Under the pieces are notes generated by a model, which ran no database searches, was not told where the DNA came from, and worked only from the letters and a program-made list of their open reading frames with translations. The position numbers and the translations under genes were made by a program. A DNA stretch of 57,276 bases from an uncultured Rhizobiaceae group bacterium. GTDB lineage: Bacteria; Pseudomonadota; Alphaproteobacteria; Rhizobiales; Rhizobiaceae. Every line of letters begins with the position of its first letter. The stretch's first letter is position 1. Positions 54,587 to 57,276 of the stretch are shown here, one piece after another. The stretch spans positions 1 to 57,276 of the forward strand of contig CALFBM010000051.1 of the NCBI GenBank assembly GCA_937951645.1, in the 5' to 3' direction.

Positions 54587-55411
54587 ATGACTGATGCTAC
54601 CACAACATCCATGGAACCACCCCTACGCCCGGATTTTCATCGTGATTTAGCTCTATCTGCTCCGTTTTCCTGGTTGAAATCCGGAATACAGGATACATTT
54701 AAATCTCCTGTAAGTAGTTTGGCATATGGATTTGCCATCTTTGTCATCTCGATTATTACCATAGGTGGATTATTCTTGCTTGGATACGACTACATTCTCT
54801 TGCCAGCACTTTCAGGGTTTATGGTAATGGGACCTGCTATTGCGGTGGGGCTATACGAAAAAAGTCAACAACTGGCCGAAGGTAAAAAACCAAGACTTGT
54901 AGATATGATCATGGTTCATGCAAGATCGCCAGGTCAAATTCTCTTCATAGGCGTCATTCTAATGCTGGTTGTCATGCTGTGGCTTCGCGCAGCATTTTTA
55001 CTCTATGCACTTTTCTTTGGCATGATACCCTTTTCAGGTTTTGACCAGGTCTTGTCCAGCGTATTTACTACACCACACGGTTGGGCATTACTGGTCGTTG
55101 GCACTGCAACGGGTGGACTTTTTGCAGCATTCTCATTTGCAATCAGTGCATTTTCCATACCCATGCTGATGCATGAACGCAAAGATGCCTTAACAGCAAT
55201 GGGCATTAGCATGGCCATGGCTTGGGCAAATAAAAAACTTGCTATCGTCTGGGGTGCCATTGTTGTTGTACTGTTTGCAATCAGTATTTTAACAGCGTTG
55301 GTTGGATTGATCATTGTCTTTCCAATATTGGGCCATGCCACCTGGCACGCTTATCTTGCACTACGTGGTGACGTTGTTATTGATGAAGTACAGGATTTAT
55401 CTGAAAGCTGA
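54587..55411 (+). CDS. DUF2189-like integral membrane protein (oxidase-associated family)
   Basis: About 275 aa with 5-6 TM helices. The ATG at 54587 has an AAGGG RBS. The family assignment rests on my recollection of DUF2189 topology and context, and is not verified. Confidence 0.55.
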   Translation: MTDATTTSMEPPLRPDFHRDLALSAPFSWLKSGIQDTFKSPVSSLAYGFAIFVISIITIGGLFLLGYDYILLPALSGFMVMGPAIAVGLYEKSQQLAEGKKPRLVDMIMVHARSPGQILFIGVILMLVVMLWLRAAFLLYALFFGMIPFSGFDQVLSSVFTTPHGWALLVVGTATGGLFAAFSFAISAFSIPMLMHERKDALTAMGISMAMAWANKKLAIVWGAIVVVLFAISILTALVGLIIVFPILGHATWHAYLALRGDVVIDEVQDLSES

Positions 55412-55414
55412 GTA

Positions 55415-57276
55415 ATGGCACTTGATGATAGGGATATAATTCTTGCCAGTACACTCCTTGCTAATGGCCAATTAAGACTGGAGCTTTCTGTCCCCGGGAT
55501 TCATTGTGGGGGCTGCATCCAGCAAATTGAATCAGAGCTTGCCGAAATATCAAACATTGCATCAGCACGCGTAAACCTTTCAACTCGGCGTTTGACTGTT
55601 TGTTTCTGGGATAAGGGTAAGCCACCTGAAATAAGCGCAACACTGGCAAAACTTGGTTTTGATGCTCATTTAAGCAACCCGACCGAAGTAAGAAAAGATA
55701 CTTCGCTTAAATCGTTGCTTAAAGCACTTGCTGTTGCAGCATTTGCAGCCATGAACATCATGATGTTATCCGTTGCAGTCTGGGCTGGAGCAGACCCGGA
55801 AACTCGCCAAATGTTTCACTTTGTGTCTGCCATGATCGCACTTCCTGCACTTATATACAGCGGGCGCGTATTTTATCTCAGCGCCTGGGAAGTGCTGAGA
55901 TATGGCCGTACAAACATGGATGTTCCAATCTCTGTTGGTTTGTTTATCACATATGCCATGAGTCTTTATGATACGCTAACAAACGGAGAACATGCCTACT
56001 TCGATGCGGCGACAACACTGTTATTCTTTTTACTGATTGGGCGAACACTCGATCACATGATGCGTGAACGGGCACATTCTGCAATCGATGGGTTGCAGAA
56101 GCTTATGCCAATGGGTGTCGATCTAATAGAAGAAGATGACACGATTACACATTTGCCTACCGATCAAATTAAGCAAGGCATGTTGTTACAACTCGCTGTT
56201 GGTGATCATGTCCCAGTTGATGGCATCGTCAAAGAAGGCCAGTCAGAGATAGACCTTTCCCTTGTAAGTGGTGAAAGTGAACCTGTTGCAGTTCAAAAGA
56301 ACAGCTCTCTGGTTTCAGGAGCATTGAATCTTTCCGGGCCTTTGGTTTTATGTGCGTCAGCTACTGCGAGTGGCTCATATCTGGCCAATATGATACGTCT
56401 TATGGAACATGCAGAACAATCCAGAAACCAGTTTACACGATTGGCTGACCGGGTTGCTTCCCTTTATGCACCATTTGTACACCTGACTGCACTTATTGCA
56501 TTTGCATTCTGGTTTATCATTGATGGGAATGCACATCACGCCCTAACAATTGCCGTAAGTGTTCTGATTATTACCTGTCCTTGTGCCCTGGCTCTCGCAG
56601 TACCCATGGTACAAGTTACCGCATTACGAAAATTGTTTGATGCGGGGATTTTAATAAAGGATGGATCTGCGCTGGAAAGATTGAATGAAGTTAACTCAAT
56701 TATTTTTGACAAGACCGGCACCCTTACAAACGGAGAACCTGCACTTCTAAATTCTGATCGTATCAAGCCCGAATTCATACAGGTGGCTGCATCTTTGGCT
56801 ATCCGTTCACGCCATCCCTATGCAAAATCAATCGTTGCACTTTGGCAAAAACATTCAGCTAAATTCCTGGAGGTTGATGATGTTGCAGAAATTACAGGTT
56901 CAGGAATAGAAGGTATTATTGATAGGAATACCTATCGTTTGGGTCGCATAGACTGGGCTGTAAAAAACACAACCAGGGAACAGGTTGAACAAACCAAGGG
57001 ACCCGTACTGGCTAAAAATGGCCAGGTTATAATTGAATTTGAGTTTGAGGATATACTAAGGCCAGAAAGCCAATATTTGATACAAAAACTCCAACGTACA
57101 AATAAACATGTATCAATTCTATCAGGTGACACAAAAGAAAAAGTCGCACAGATTGCGGATGAACTTGATCTGAAAAATTATCATTGGGCAATGACCCCGG
57201 ATCAAAAACTCGAAGCAATTAAGTTGGCAAGCTCTAATAATGAAAAACCGCTAATGATTGGGGACGGCATCAATGA
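55415..57276 (+). CDS. ccoI: Copper-translocating P1B-type ATPase (cbb3 assembly), 3' end outside the window
   Basis: Not in the ORF track because the frame has no stop in the window. Manual translation gives MALDDRDIILAS..., HMA motif GIHCGGC, in-frame CPC at 56576-56584, DKTGTLT from 56708, and GDGIND at the window edge. Confidence 0.9.
   Translation, partial: MALDDRDIILASTLLANGQLRLELSVPGIHCGGCIQQIESELAEISNIASARVNLSTRRLTVCFWDKGKPPEISATLAKLGFDAHLSNPTEVRKDTSLKSLLKALAVAAFAAMNIMMLSVAVWAGADPETRQMFHFVSAMIALPALIYSGRVFYLSAWEVLRYGRTNMDVPISVGLFITYAMSLYDTLTNGEHAYFDAATTLLFFLLIGRTLDHMMRERAHSAIDGLQKLMPMGVDLIEEDDTITHLPTDQIKQGMLLQLAVGDHVPVDGIVKEGQSEIDLSLVSGESEPVAVQKNSSLVSGALNLSGPLVLCASATASGSYLANMIRLMEHAEQSRNQFTRLADRVASLYAPFVHLTALIAFAFWFIIDGNAHHALTIAVSVLIITCPCALALAVPMVQVTALRKLFDAGILIKDGSALERLNEVNSIIFDKTGTLTNGEPALLNSDRIKPEFIQVAASLAIRSRHPYAKSIVALWQKHSAKFLEVDDVAEITGSGIEGIIDRNTYRLGRIDWAVKNTTREQVEQTKGPVLAKNGQVIIEFEFEDILRPESQYLIQKLQRTNKHVSILSGDTKEKVAQIADELDLKNYHWAMTPDQKLEAIKLASSNNEKPLMIGDGIN

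Noticed and set aside
1-57276. Mobile elements, prophage, CRISPR arrays, tRNA/rRNA genes, genomic-island boundaries
   Set aside because: I saw no transposase, integrase or recombinase ORF, no terminal inverted repeats, no regularly spaced short repeats and no tRNA-like GC-rich cloverleaf segment in any intergenic gap. The only repeats are the in-gene RTX modules and two short tandem duplications.

Overview
This is a 57.3-kb, gene-dense, moderately AT-rich chromosomal segment. Its gene content looks alphaproteobacterial (ccoNOQP-ccoI, TctABC, TAXI-type TRAP transporters, hutF-type histidine pathway), but that is inference only. All family calls come from reading motifs in the translations; no searches were run. 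I found no rRNA, tRNA, CRISPR array, transposase, integrase or phage gene. Gene order: (1) a translationally coupled triad of a Rieske protein and two membrane proteins, then an SCP2 protein; (2) an agmatinase-family ureohydrolase plus a PotABCD-like ABC importer, with a Sir2/CobB deacylase coupled to the last permease; (3) a GST; (4) two about 440-aa coiled-coil-rich proteins flanking trhO; (5) Lrp plus a fused indolepyruvate:ferredoxin oxidoreductase; (6) an RTX-type secreted repeat protein; (7) a UDP-HexNAc dehydrogenase divergent from an operon of a processive GT2 synthase, a coiled-coil membrane protein with a degenerate receiver head, and a TolC-like lipoprotein; (8) tctCBA; (9) the hut locus (hutC-hutF divergent from hutI-hutH-orf-hutU) with a perfect HutC-type palindrome; (10) two paralogous cassettes of LysR, TAXI binding protein and fused TRAP permease, each with a different catabolic enzyme, separated by a gene-decay scar; (11) a group-III truncated globin, a membrane protein and a DUF1971 protein directly upstream of ccoNOQP, then two small membrane proteins and ccoI, which runs off the window. 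The best candidate for an undescribed system is the GT2 synthase / coiled-coil adaptor / TolC-like lipoprotein operon with its divergent HexNAc dehydrogenase (19.9-25.7 kb). I read it as a possible tripartite, synthase-dependent exporter of an acidic exopolysaccharide that I cannot match to any named pathway.
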